A program made the translations under genes and the position numbers. The notes under the pieces were generated by a model. It ran no database searches. It saw only the letters and a list, made by a program, of their open reading frames with translations, and was not told where the DNA came from. Positions 27,068 through 37,085 of a stretch of 45,954 nucleotides of DNA are shown in pieces. How positions within the stretch are numbered: position 1 is the first letter of the stretch; the number at the start of each line of letters is the position of its first letter. Source of the stretch: Promethearchaeota archaeon (lineage in GTDB: Archaea > Asgardarchaeota > Lokiarchaeia > Sigyniarchaeales > SOKP01); the NCBI GenBank assembly GCA_013375475.1, contig JABXKD010000023.1:1-45954 (forward strand). Direction: 5' to 3'.

Positions 27068-28447
27068 ATGGAATTTGAAGTTCTAAAAAAAACTCCTCTC
27101 TATAATGCCTTATCAGAGCAAGGAAAACGAATTTTTTTACCTCAAGGTATTTATCATTGGTCAGGAAGGGCAAAAAAGGAAGCTGAAATTAATGGTACTT
27201 TAGGATCTGCTTTTGGATACGAGAAAGATTTTATAGAAGGAGGTACATCTGAATGGGTTCCTCTTTATTTAGAAGATATTAAAAATTATACAAAACTTAG
27301 CGTAAATGAAGTCGTACCATATTCTCAGGTTACTGGCCTTGAAGGTTTAAGATCAGTATGGAAAAAATGGTTGATTAAAAAATCATTATACAATAAGGAT
27401 TCTGAACTAGAAAAACTTAATAAGCTTGATAAACTTACAACTACTCCGGTGGTTACTGCGGGATTAACAAATGGGATATTTTTATGCTGTTCCTTGTTCT
27501 TAAATCCAAGAGAATTCATTATATCTCCGAATAAAAGATGGGGGAACTATGATAACATCATTGAGAAATTGCTCGGAGCTAAAATTAAATCCTTTGAATT
27601 TTTCATTGAAGAGAAATTCAACATTCAAGGGATGAAAGAAGCTATTTACGAAGTTTCTAAGAGTCAAGAAAAAATAGTCCTAATTTTAGGGTTCCCTAAT
27701 AATCCTACGGGCTATGTTCCTAACGAGGAAGAAATGGAAGAGATAGTTACTATGTTAAAAGAAACTCAAAAAAATCTTTCTAAACCAATTATTGTGTTAG
27801 TTGATGACGCATACGAACCATATATTTTTTCTAAGGATGCAATAAAAAGCTCCATTTTTTACACCCTACACGAGATAGAGGAAGAGGTAATTCCAATTAA
27901 GCTAGATGGAATAACTAAAGAAATGTTACTGTATGGAGGACGAATAGGATTCATTACGATTGGGTTAAAACCACACTGGGTTAGTAACGATGAGGAACTC
28001 ATGGCTTTAAAATCTGAATTGAACAATAAATTATCGGGGTTAGTGAGAACTACGATTTCAAATTCTAATCATTTTTATCAAGCGCTTGTAATAAAACTCT
28101 TTAAGGATGTTGGTATGGAGGGATTGATTCAAAAACGAAATAAAATTAAAAATCTCCTTAAAGATAGATATGAAAAAATTAACGAAGAACTTAGAAAGAT
28201 TGATAATTCCAACATTTCAGTAGATCCAAACGCGGGAGGTTTCTTCGTCTTTGTAAATCTAAACCCAAATAAAATTAGCGCGAACCAGTTTGCAGATCAC
28301 TTATTAAGAAAATATAAAGTAGGAGTTATCCCCATTGAAAAACCCAATAATAACATAAACGGAATCAGAATCGCCTACTGTTCAATAGATTTAACAAAAA
28401 TTCCCGAGTTCGTTAATCGATTTAATCAAGCGTTAGATGATTTCTGA
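27068..28447 (+). CDS. PLP-dependent aminotransferase class I/II
   Basis: WGNY, FPNNPTGY, DDAY, DGITKE...YGGRIGF, GIRIAY. Confidence 0.9.
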   Translation: MEFEVLKKTPLYNALSEQGKRIFLPQGIYHWSGRAKKEAEINGTLGSAFGYEKDFIEGGTSEWVPLYLEDIKNYTKLSVNEVVPYSQVTGLEGLRSVWKKWLIKKSLYNKDSELEKLNKLDKLTTTPVVTAGLTNGIFLCCSLFLNPREFIISPNKRWGNYDNIIEKLLGAKIKSFEFFIEEKFNIQGMKEAIYEVSKSQEKIVLILGFPNNPTGYVPNEEEMEEIVTMLKETQKNLSKPIIVLVDDAYEPYIFSKDAIKSSIFYTLHEIEEEVIPIKLDGITKEMLLYGGRIGFITIGLKPHWVSNDEELMALKSELNNKLSGLVRTTISNSNHFYQALVIKLFKDVGMEGLIQKRNKIKNLLKDRYEKINEELRKIDNSNISVDPNAGGFFVFVNLNPNKISANQFADHLLRKYKVGVIPIEKPNNNINGIRIAYCSIDLTKIPEFVNRFNQALDDF

Positions 28448-28564
28448 GTAAAGTAAGATATTTTCTTGGTATTATCCATTTACATTTTATTTGTTTTTGC
28501 ATGCAATTAAAAAGCATTATTTTTATAATGCATTAAATAAAAACATTTATTTGAGGAATATCTT

Positions 28565-29581
28565 ATGAAACTATTTTTAGTCGATCAAGGTAATTTAAAA
28601 GAAATTTCAAAACCAGTATTCTCTATGGGAGATGTATACATAGTCGACGACAATAGAACCATTTATGTCTGGATAGGAAGCAAGGCTTCAATTGATGAAA
28701 AAACTGCAGGAGCTGCACAGGCACGAACCCTTGACCAACAAAGAGGTGGGGCTGCGAAGATAATTACTGTTGACGAAAATCAAGAACCTAATGAATTTTT
28801 AAAAATAATTAGTCTTATGGGTGCCATGAAAGTTGTTGAGAAAAATATAGCAAAAACTCTTCTTAAAGACGTATCTACAGGGGATTGGGCAGGATTTGAA
28901 GAGTGGAAAAATATTCTATATCGTGTTTCAGCAGAAGAATTTGAAGGTATCAACGCAATGAAAATGATTCAAGTTCCTTTTGTGAAAGATTCATTAGAAT
29001 CAGAAGATTGTTATGTTGCTGATTTAGGCAATAAGGTATACATTTGGCAAGGAAGAACATGTAATGTCAAAGAAAAAGTAAAAGCAGGTCAATGGGCAAG
29101 AAATATTGATGCTGAGAGAGCAGGTTCCCAAAATGAACGAATATTTGAAGAAGGGGATGATTCTGAGTTCCTCGCAGCGCTAGAGAGAGGTGTAGATTAT
29201 AAAGAATCTGATGCCGTTCAATTAAGGGCTGAATCCGTATTAGAACCTGAAACAGAAGCAGATAGAGCAGCAGCAAAGATTCAACCTGAATTTAAGTCGG
29301 AAGTAAGAGAGGTTACACCGGAAGAAATTAGAGCAGACATTGCCCAAATTAAGGACGTAAGTGCATCGAGTGCCGGACCAGGTATCCCTGGTCAAGTGGA
29401 TGATTCTATCCTAACTGTTGAAAAACCTGAAGGCCGTAGAAGATGCCCTAAATGTGGAATGGAAGATAAAACGATGATTCATGAGAGCGTTGATAAAAGC
29501 AATATAATTCTCGATTACCCCCGCGTTTACGGAAAGATGTATCATTGTGGGGCATGTGCTGCAGATTGGAGGGAAAAATAA
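28565..29581 (+). CDS. Two-domain gelsolin with linker and C-terminal Zn-ribbon
   Basis: GDVYIVD...IYVWIGSKASIDEK and EDCYVADLG.KVYIWQGRTCNVKEK gelsolin repeats; CPKCG...CGAC. Confidence 0.9.
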   Translation: MKLFLVDQGNLKEISKPVFSMGDVYIVDDNRTIYVWIGSKASIDEKTAGAAQARTLDQQRGGAAKIITVDENQEPNEFLKIISLMGAMKVVEKNIAKTLLKDVSTGDWAGFEEWKNILYRVSAEEFEGINAMKMIQVPFVKDSLESEDCYVADLGNKVYIWQGRTCNVKEKVKAGQWARNIDAERAGSQNERIFEEGDDSEFLAALERGVDYKESDAVQLRAESVLEPETEADRAAAKIQPEFKSEVREVTPEEIRADIAQIKDVSASSAGPGIPGQVDDSILTVEKPEGRRRCPKCGMEDKTMIHESVDKSNIILDYPRVYGKMYHCGACAADWREK

Positions 29582-29647
29582 CCCCCAAATTAAAAATAAA
29601 CAATTTTTTTATCTTTTTTTAAATTTTAATCAAGAGTTTTGGAAATC

Positions 29648-30925
29648 TTAAGTATTTTTAATATCTCTACGCAAGATTTTAATTTTTTTCTTTAACTCAA
29701 TAAGTTCTTTTTCCTTATCTTCGAGGTGAGATTCTGCTTTCAGTTTTTCATCTTTTATATTTTGCATTTCTGTCAATATCCTGTCTTCAATTTGTTCAGA
29801 TTCAAATATTTTGTTTTTCAATGCCTCTTCTTTTTCTCTCATTTCTTTTATTTCGGTAACTTGTTCATCAACAACATTTCTTAAATTCATTATTTGTAAT
29901 TCAAGTTTTCCAGAAACATTACCGGATTTTTCCTGGGATTCTTCCAATCTTGCCTGAATTTGATTGATAAATTCTTCGTTTGTTAGATTTTTTTGAGTTA
30001 ACTTTTCAATCTCTATTACTAAATTTTTAATCCGCTCTTCCTTTTTAGATAAATCTTTTTTAACTAAGCTGAATGTTTCTAATTTCTGTTGCAATTCTTT
30101 CACTGATTGAACATACGATTGTTGAGAGCTTTCAAGTTTAAAAATCTCTTTTTCTTTATCTGTAATGATTTCATCTTTCTTTTCGAGTAGAACCTGAATT
30201 TTTTCAAATTTGGATTTTTGGACAGTATCATTCTCTAAATATTGAATTTGTTCCATTAATTCTTTAATTTTTTCGTCTTTTTCTTGTAGTCTCCCAACTA
30301 GCCCGGTGTTAGTTAATTGTTCAGACTTTACTTGTTCTAAATTTGCGTTGAGATCTTCTATTATTTGAGTTTTTTCAGTAATAACTTTATTCAAATTATC
30401 AGTATTATTTTTTTGGTCTTGAATGATTTGATTTTTTTCTTTAGCAGCAAATTCGAACTCTTCAATCTGTTTGCTTATATCTATTAATTGAGATTGTAAA
30501 GATTCAACCTCTTTTTCTTTAATCTCAATTGATTTGCTTACTTCTAAATCTACTACATTCGTTTCGTTCAGAAATTCAATCTTCGACTCAAGATCGTTAA
30601 TAGAATTATCTTTTTCAATAATCTTCTGCAGTAAATCTTCTATTGTAGCATTATTTTCTTTTGCTAATTGAATAGATTTTTCTTTATCCTGGTGAAAAGT
30701 TTCGGAGATGGCTTTAAGACTATCATGCTCTTCCTTAAGCGTGTTTATTTCGTCAGTTAGTTGTTTATTTTGTTCAATAAAGAAATTTAATTGTTCCCTT
30801 ATTTTGTCTTCTTCAGAAGTTGGAATCTCCTCTTCATCCTCTTTCTCTTCTATCCAACCAAGAGAACTTAACGCATCTACCATAGATGTGTCTTCTTCTT
30901 TTTTATCCCTCTGTTCCTCTGACAT
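29648..30925 (-). CDS. Long coiled-coil protein (425 aa)
   Basis: Near-continuous E/K/Q/L/I-rich heptads after an acidic N-terminus. Confidence 0.7.
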   Translation of the reverse strand: MSEEQRDKKEEDTSMVDALSSLGWIEEKEDEEEIPTSEEDKIREQLNFFIEQNKQLTDEINTLKEEHDSLKAISETFHQDKEKSIQLAKENNATIEDLLQKIIEKDNSINDLESKIEFLNETNVVDLEVSKSIEIKEKEVESLQSQLIDISKQIEEFEFAAKEKNQIIQDQKNNTDNLNKVITEKTQIIEDLNANLEQVKSEQLTNTGLVGRLQEKDEKIKELMEQIQYLENDTVQKSKFEKIQVLLEKKDEIITDKEKEIFKLESSQQSYVQSVKELQQKLETFSLVKKDLSKKEERIKNLVIEIEKLTQKNLTNEEFINQIQARLEESQEKSGNVSGKLELQIMNLRNVVDEQVTEIKEMREKEEALKNKIFESEQIEDRILTEMQNIKDEKLKAESHLEDKEKELIELKKKIKILRRDIKNT

Positions 30926-31044
30926 AATATTATAAAATCAATAATCGTATTTATTTTAATCTAAACTATGTTGTACGCGGTTTAAAAATTGCTTTTAGTT
31001 ATTAACTCCACCTTTTAAAAAAAAAGTATTTGTCTTTAATAATA

Positions 31045-31536
31045 TTAGTATTCTTTCGTAAATACATACTTTCTGTCTAAAAAGAATTTAGTTATGTATC
31101 CAATAGGAAGAGCGACTATGATACTTATTTCTAAAGGCGCATTGAAAAAATTAGTAAAGAGGAATTGGATTCCAATGTTTTCAATTGTAGTTAAAATAGC
31201 AAATCCAAAGTATTTCAAAAACTCTTGTGATGTTTCTTTAATCTTTAAGCTCGATTTCTTAAAGACTATGCATTTATCTAAAAAGAACTTAATAATATAA
31301 GTGATTCCAACAGCCGCTATTGAACCAATCAGTTCAGGCATATCAACATTAATTGTAGAACAGTATAAAATCTGAATAATTTCGACACTTCCAAGATTAC
31401 CACAGATATAGGGAGCTATAACCAGCTCATTAATTTTTTGGATAACATAGTTTAAAACAATCATACAAATAGCAAATAGCAAATATAAAAGCATCTGCTT
31501 TTTAATGTTATTTTGTTCTTCCATATGTCTATTCAT
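31045..31536 (-). CDS. GtrA-family membrane protein
   Basis: Duplicated 'Y..KFFLD...VF' halves; four TM helices. Confidence 0.75.
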   Translation of the reverse strand: MNRHMEEQNNIKKQMLLYLLFAICMIVLNYVIQKINELVIAPYICGNLGSVEIIQILYCSTINVDMPELIGSIAAVGITYIIKFFLDKCIVFKKSSLKIKETSQEFLKYFGFAILTTIENIGIQFLFTNFFNAPLEISIIVALPIGYITKFFLDRKYVFTKEY

Positions 31537-31579
31537 TAAAAAGTAGTTAATTCAATTTAAAATTATAACTCGATTGCAT

Positions 31580-32218
31580 TCATTTTTTTATACGATCCTT
31601 CCACGAATCAGTTTTAGATCGTTCAGCTTCTTCTTCTCGTATTTCTTCAATAACTTCCTCTTGCATTGAATCGTTGGGTAGTTCCCGAGTAAACTGGAGA
31701 TATTGTTCTTGATCTTCTGTTTGAGACATTAACCCCCCTAACATTCCTCTTGACGCTCTACTGCGTTTAACTTCTTTACCAGTTAATTTTCTGTATAATC
31801 TTTTAAAACCATATAAAATTAGGCTAAATGTGATTGAAAATAAGAAGTAAATAGCGAACCAGCCAGATCCAAAGAATAAAAGATCAAATGGAAGTAGGCC
31901 AGCAAGATAGTCTGCATATACAAATCCAAGTAAAGCAAAAATCCCCCAAAATATGAGACATCTTACACAAGAAGGAATCATTTGCTTTTTTAACATTTGT
32001 TTAGATAATTCTAGTGATTCTTGCTGGAGTTCGAACATTTCTTGAGGGTTTCCAGCGAGTTTTGCAGTTCGCATTCGTTCTTGTAAGTTTTGCGATTTTT
32101 CTCTTAATTCTCTCGCAGCCTCCATGTTTATCCCTAAGATTCTATTTAAAAGCTCACTTAGGGCTACCATTGCTATTGTAATGAGCATTATTTGGATGAT
32201 AATTTCTCCGATTGCCAT
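31580..32218 (-). CDS. EMC3/TMCO1/Get1-like (DUF106) Oxa1-superfamily membrane protein
   Basis: TM1, then Met/Gln-rich coiled coil, then TM2, 'LLPF...GW..IYFLFS' TM3. Confidence 0.8.
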   Translation of the reverse strand: MAIGEIIIQIMLITIAMVALSELLNRILGINMEAARELREKSQNLQERMRTAKLAGNPQEMFELQQESLELSKQMLKKQMIPSCVRCLIFWGIFALLGFVYADYLAGLLPFDLLFFGSGWFAIYFLFSITFSLILYGFKRLYRKLTGKEVKRSRASRGMLGGLMSQTEDQEQYLQFTRELPNDSMQEEVIEEIREEEAERSKTDSWKDRIKK

Positions 32219-32372
32219 TAATCTATCACTAATATAGGAAAAGCATTATTTTAATTAAATTTTTTTAATTCAACTTAGCAATAAACAAGAACAGAGATAT
32301 TTGTGCAATGAGTAAATTAGTTAAGAAATAACATCGTGAAGAAATAAATAAGAAAAGAAAAAGAAATAAGAT

Positions 32373-32708
32373 TTAAGCTTCCGTTCCGCAATTTCTACAG
32401 ATGTATTTTTTGGCATGTATTTTTATCCCTGCTTGTTGGAATAGCACTTGAGATTTATCTTCTTCTGTGTTAAAGGAGGTTCCACCGCACGCCGGGCAGA
32501 CTCTTCTACCCTCGATAGGAGGTTTTTCTTTTGCTCTTTCTTCTTCTTCCTGTTTTTCAACAACGATAGAAGGCTTAACATATCCTTCTCCTGTTGGAGT
32601 TGCGGTTTTCCCCGAAGTTGTTTTTAAATTATTGGAACCTAGGAGTTTATTAAGTTTCTCGTCAATTTTCCTTAGTAGACTTAAAACCTCTTTCTCAAAT
32701 TCAGACAA
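32373..32708 (-). CDS. Small protein: N-terminal coiled coil plus Zn-ribbon homologous to the gelsolin C-terminal domain
   Basis: EGRRVCPACG...DKS...KKYICRNCG; TTG start with AGGAGA. Confidence 0.75.
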   Translation of the reverse strand: MSEFEKEVLSLLRKIDEKLNKLLGSNNLKTTSGKTATPTGEGYVKPSIVVEKQEEEERAKEKPPIEGRRVCPACGGTSFNTEEDKSQVLFQQAGIKIHAKKYICRNCGTEA

Positions 32709-32843
32709 TTTATTATCTCCTCTTTCTATAACATCTTGAAATGGATGTTTTTATTAAATGATCTTAATCAGATATTAAATATTTATGTGAAAAATTATAA
32801 ACCAGACCACTTTAGAAAAGTGTTAAAATAGAAGAGCTAAATT

Positions 32844-33122
32844 TTATCCAACCATCGGTGCTCTTAATTTATTTTTTGGAACTGCATCAGGGTCATAGTG
32901 CTTCGCTTTATAATATGTAAATATCCCTAATCCTATTACAAATAATGATATGAAAAAATAACCAATCCAAAAAACAAGCCCTATTGCGAAGTTAACAGGG
33001 TACACAATTCCCTTTTGTTGTGTAAAAACGAAAATGCCAATAAAAGCTGTTATTGAGCAAACACTTCCGCAAATACAATCAAAGTAAATTTGTATCCTCT
33101 CGGATTTAAGATCTTTATGCAT
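32844..33122 (-). CDS. Small two-TM membrane protein
   Basis: Two hydrophobic helices; 92 aa. Confidence 0.6.
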   Translation of the reverse strand: MHKDLKSERIQIYFDCICGSVCSITAFIGIFVFTQQKGIVYPVNFAIGLVFWIGYFFISLFVIGLGIFTYYKAKHYDPDAVPKNKLRAPMVG

Positions 33123-33253
33123 AATTCAAAGATTAACTAGGGTAAATACTAGATAAATAATCTCTGAAGGTTAATATAAATTTTTGTGAAAAGAAAATAT
33201 CTAAAAATGGATTTTTAGTTATGAATTCGATACAAAATTAAACTAACAAAATA

Positions 33254-33709
33254 TTAAGTTTCTCTCCTTATTCCCTCTATGGATTCAAAATAATCCAGAA
33301 TAGATGTTTTTATCTCAACAGCAGGAAAAACTAACCTCGATTTGTTAACATACTCTAAACCATCGTTCCAGCTCCATTTTGGATTTTTTTTTAAAAGCCA
33401 CGCTATAATAATACCACCACTTCGAGAAATACCCATCGCGCAATGAACTAAAACCTTTCCCTTCTCTATATGTTGATCTATGAAGGAAAGAATTTCTTTT
33501 AGATACTCGTGTGGAGGATACCATTCGTCTGGAAAACCTTTATAAAGATAATAAAATCCCAAATCCGTTGGATCATAGAAATTAACCTCCATCAAATTTA
33601 CGATAGCTGTTATTCCAATCTTTTTAAATTCCACAAAGTTTAGCCTTGGCCAATACGCTCCAATGTAGAGATTTTTATGCACTCTATAGATTCGATCCAG
33701 TTCCACCAT
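33254..33709 (-). CDS. Dual-specificity protein phosphatase
   Basis: NLYIG, GITAIVNL, FPD acid loop, VHCAMGISRS (CX5R); ATG at 33709 chosen (TTG at 33718 possible). Confidence 0.9.
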   Translation of the reverse strand: MVELDRIYRVHKNLYIGAYWPRLNFVEFKKIGITAIVNLMEVNFYDPTDLGFYYLYKGFPDEWYPPHEYLKEILSFIDQHIEKGKVLVHCAMGISRSGGIIIAWLLKKNPKWSWNDGLEYVNKSRLVFPAVEIKTSILDYFESIEGIRRET

Positions 33710-33761
33710 GCAACTCAAAAAGGTTTATAAGTAATAATTAAGAATCTTTCATTTAGAATAT

Positions 33762-34142
33762 TTAATTCTTGGTTAAATCTCGACTAGCAATTACATTTGA
33801 TCCTAATCCGAGAATGTTTTCTATTAAAACTTCCCCCATCTCAATTGGTGCTTTTACCTGAGTTCTCGCAATCTCGTTTAACGCTTCATTCAATTTTTCT
33901 TTGAGTATTGGCTTATCAGTTCTCACCGGGATCAAAGGTAAAAATCCATTTTCAACTCTAATTGTGGTTGTAAGGATCCTCTTGGGTTCAAAATATTCTT
34001 GTTGTGCGTATTCTAGTCCCCTTTGACAAGTATATCCTTCAAATTCTATATCGGAGCCTTTAGAAATAGCTTGTATCTGACAGCCAGTAGGACACACTAT
34101 ACACCTTATAACTTTTACAATACTTGCGCTACTTTCACTCAT
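33762..34142 (-). CDS. DUF1667 family CxxC protein
   Basis: CIVCPTGC, GYTCQRG..YA..E...PKRILTTT, PVRTDKPI. Confidence 0.85.
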   Translation of the reverse strand: MSESSASIVKVIRCIVCPTGCQIQAISKGSDIEFEGYTCQRGLEYAQQEYFEPKRILTTTIRVENGFLPLIPVRTDKPILKEKLNEALNEIARTQVKAPIEMGEVLIENILGLGSNVIASRDLTKN

Positions 34143-34163
34143 TTTTATAATCTCCTCTAATGG

Positions 34164-35462
34164 TTAATCCTCCTCAATTAATACCTCCGGCCGAGGTACA
34201 ACTTCTATTGTTATCGATTTACAATTCGGTTGGATATTTGCTTCGTCTAGGTTTAAATTTAATTCAATCATCTCACTAGGGATAACATAAATTTTCTTTT
34301 TTTTGTAGATTACATTATTATTTTCGTCTTTAAATTGTATAAGAATCCATCTATCGGGGTACTTTACTCTAAAAGTAAAGATTATTTCTTGGGTGATATT
34401 TTGCTTATTGATTACATCTGGCTTTACATAGTTTACATTTTCCCCTGGAACACAGCGAATGATCTCTTTCTTCTTTAACTCCTTTCCATATCTCGAATTG
34501 ATGTATTCTACTGCATTTTTACCGGTTCTTTTAGCCTCGCTAGTTACCATATCCACTAGATCATGTACTTGTAACACATTTCCACAAGCAAATACCCCTT
34601 CTATAGCTGTTTCCAAATTTTCGTCTACGATCGGACCTCCATTTTTAGATAATTCCGCTCCTGCTTGTATCGTTAATTCATTTTCAGGAATGAGCCCAAC
34701 AGATAATAATAACGTATCACATTCAAAGAATTTATCTGAACCTATTATTCTGTCGAAATTTCGATCAACTTTTGAGATCGTTACTCCTTGTACTCTTTCT
34801 CTACCATGAATTTTAGTAACAGTATAATTTGTTATAAGAGGAATATCGTAGTCTTCTAAACATTGGACTTGATTTCGTAGTAACCCACTTACATAAGGTT
34901 GTATTTCTACAACAGCTTTAACTTTACAACCCTCCCAAGTCAATCTTCGAGCCATTATCATTCCAATATCTCCGCTCCCTAAGATAACAAAAGAATTACC
35001 GGGTAAATAACCTTCAATATTAACAAACCTTTGAGCTTGCCCCGCAGTGTAAACACCAGCGGGACGGAAACCAGGTATATTGATCGCCCCTCTGGTTTTT
35101 TCTCTACAGCCCATAGTTAAAATAATGGCTTTTGCTTCCACTTCAATTAATCCTTCTTTATTATTTACAGCATATACTTTTTTATCTCTAGTAATTTCAA
35201 TGACCATAGAATCTAATAAATAAGGGATTTTTAAATCGATCACCTGATTAATGAATCTTTGAACATATTCGGGACCAGTTAATTCTTCCTCAAATTCTTT
35301 TAGTCCAAATCCATTATGGATGCATTGTAAAGTAATTCCTCCTAGTTCTTTGTCTCTTTCAATAATCAGAACGTCCAATTTTGCCTTTTTGACTTCGATA
35401 GCTGCTGCTAAACCCCCCGCTCCAGCACCAATTACAACGACGTCAGCTTTGTATTTTTTCAC
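34164..35462 (-). CDS. FAD/NAD(P)-dependent oxidoreductase (partner in GlpA-like operon)
   Basis: GAGAGG, LGGITLQCIHNGFG, LTGPEY, GSGDIG.IMARR, GNVLQVHDLVD; GTG start overlapping upstream stop. Confidence 0.85.
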   Translation of the reverse strand: MKKYKADVVVIGAGAGGLAAAIEVKKAKLDVLIIERDKELGGITLQCIHNGFGLKEFEEELTGPEYVQRFINQVIDLKIPYLLDSMVIEITRDKKVYAVNNKEGLIEVEAKAIILTMGCREKTRGAINIPGFRPAGVYTAGQAQRFVNIEGYLPGNSFVILGSGDIGMIMARRLTWEGCKVKAVVEIQPYVSGLLRNQVQCLEDYDIPLITNYTVTKIHGRERVQGVTISKVDRNFDRIIGSDKFFECDTLLLSVGLIPENELTIQAGAELSKNGGPIVDENLETAIEGVFACGNVLQVHDLVDMVTSEAKRTGKNAVEYINSRYGKELKKKEIIRCVPGENVNYVKPDVINKQNITQEIIFTFRVKYPDRWILIQFKDENNNVIYKKKKIYVIPSEMIELNLNLDEANIQPNCKSITIEVVPRPEVLIEED

Positions 35463-36928
35463 TCCTCAACATCACCTTTTAATTTATGAAGTACAATTTC
35501 CTTTGTTTTAGCGACAAGGAAATTTGTATCCTCTCCCATTTTGACTACTTCTTCGTAAGGTATGTTTAACTCTCTTGAGAGAATTTCAATTAACCTTGGT
35601 CTACAAAATCCACCTTGGCATCTCCCCATACCAGGTCTACACCTAAATTTTATACCGTCCAATGTATTTGCTCCAACAGGAGAATGAATGGCATTCAGGA
35701 TTTCCTTTTCGGGAATAGTTTCACATCTACAGATAATTCTCCCCCACGCAGGATCTTCCTTGATTTTATCGTCTAATTCTTTTTTAGAAAAATCTTTGAA
35801 TTTTTCAGGTTTAGGTCGTTTTGGATTGTAATCTTCTTTGACCTTTGTATTTACACCCAGCAATTCTAAGAAATCAACAACTCGTTCAGCAATAGCATAA
35901 CAAGATGTTAAACCAGGTGATAAAATACCTACTACATTAATAAATCCGTAGACATCAGTATTGTCAATAATAAAGTCGTAAGTGTCCGGTACTGCCCTCA
36001 AGCCAGCAAAATTCCTAATAGCGGCTCTTAATGGTAAATTAGGAACTAGTTTCGTTCCGCCTTCCAAAATTTCCTTCAACCCTGCAGCAGTTGTCGCGAT
36101 ATCTTTTTTATCGCTAATATTTTGAGCGTTTGGTCCAACGAATGTATTTCCACTTACGGTTGGACATACCAAAATACCTTTAGAAACTTGGGTTGGTGTG
36201 GGAAATAAAATCTTGTTTAGATGCATCGCATTTCTATCAAACAACATATATTCTCCCTTTCTTGGCATAATGCTGAAATAGTCTAAACCAACCATTTTTG
36301 AAATTTTTGCTCCGTATACGCCAGCTGCATTAATCACATTGTTGGCTTTAAATTCCTTTTCTTTAGTTTTAATTGTATAGGTATAGTTTTGATGTTTAAT
36401 TTTTCTTACTCGTTGATTCCGGAAGAATTTTACACCATTCATAGCAGCGTTCTCAGCAAGCGCATAAGTCATTTCATAAGGACTAACAATTCCTGCCGAT
36501 GGCGCATGCAGTACGCCAACTACTTCTTCGGTAAGATTTGGTTCCATGTGTTTTATTCTTGCCTTATCTAAAATTACTTCTAAGCCAGCAACTCCGTCTT
36601 GGGTCCCTTGTTTTCTCTGCTCTTCAAGTTTATTTATTTGATTATCCTCTAAAGCAACCACAAACGAACCAATCCTTTGAAAAGGAAAGTTTAATTCCTC
36701 TACAGCTTGAGTATACAATTTATTTCCAGCAATACACATATCACGCTTTATATATTCTCGTGGCGAAGCAAAACCGGCGTGTACTACGCCCGAGTTAGCC
36801 TTAGTCGTTCCTGACGCAATATCAGCCTCCTTTTCTAATAACGCGATATTGAGATCAAATTTTGATAAAGTTCGAGCAATACAACAGCCAATAACACCAC
36901 CACCTATAATAATAACATCATAATCCAA
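35459..36928 (-). CDS. FAD-dependent oxidoreductase with BFD-like [2Fe-2S] domain (glycerol-3-phosphate dehydrogenase/L-2-hydroxyglutarate oxidase-like)
   Basis: GGGVIG, TTKANSGVVHAG, RKGEY, SPGLT, CRCE...GMGRCQGGFC. Confidence 0.85.
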   Translation of the reverse strand: MDYDVIIIGGGVIGCCIARTLSKFDLNIALLEKEADIASGTTKANSGVVHAGFASPREYIKRDMCIAGNKLYTQAVEELNFPFQRIGSFVVALEDNQINKLEEQRKQGTQDGVAGLEVILDKARIKHMEPNLTEEVVGVLHAPSAGIVSPYEMTYALAENAAMNGVKFFRNQRVRKIKHQNYTYTIKTKEKEFKANNVINAAGVYGAKISKMVGLDYFSIMPRKGEYMLFDRNAMHLNKILFPTPTQVSKGILVCPTVSGNTFVGPNAQNISDKKDIATTAAGLKEILEGGTKLVPNLPLRAAIRNFAGLRAVPDTYDFIIDNTDVYGFINVVGILSPGLTSCYAIAERVVDFLELLGVNTKVKEDYNPKRPKPEKFKDFSKKELDDKIKEDPAWGRIICRCETIPEKEILNAIHSPVGANTLDGIKFRCRPGMGRCQGGFCRPRLIEILSRELNIPYEEVVKMGEDTNFLVAKTKEIVLHKLKGDVEE

Positions 36929-37085
36929 AAGAAATACCTCTTAATTTCTAAGGAGAAAACAATCTAACTTATGTATTAAAACATCTTATCTTTTTAAAAT
37001 TTATTTAGAATATAAACAATTTCTAATTGGCAAAATCTATAAATAGGAAAAATAAAGTTTATATCCCACTTATTTAGATAAATGT

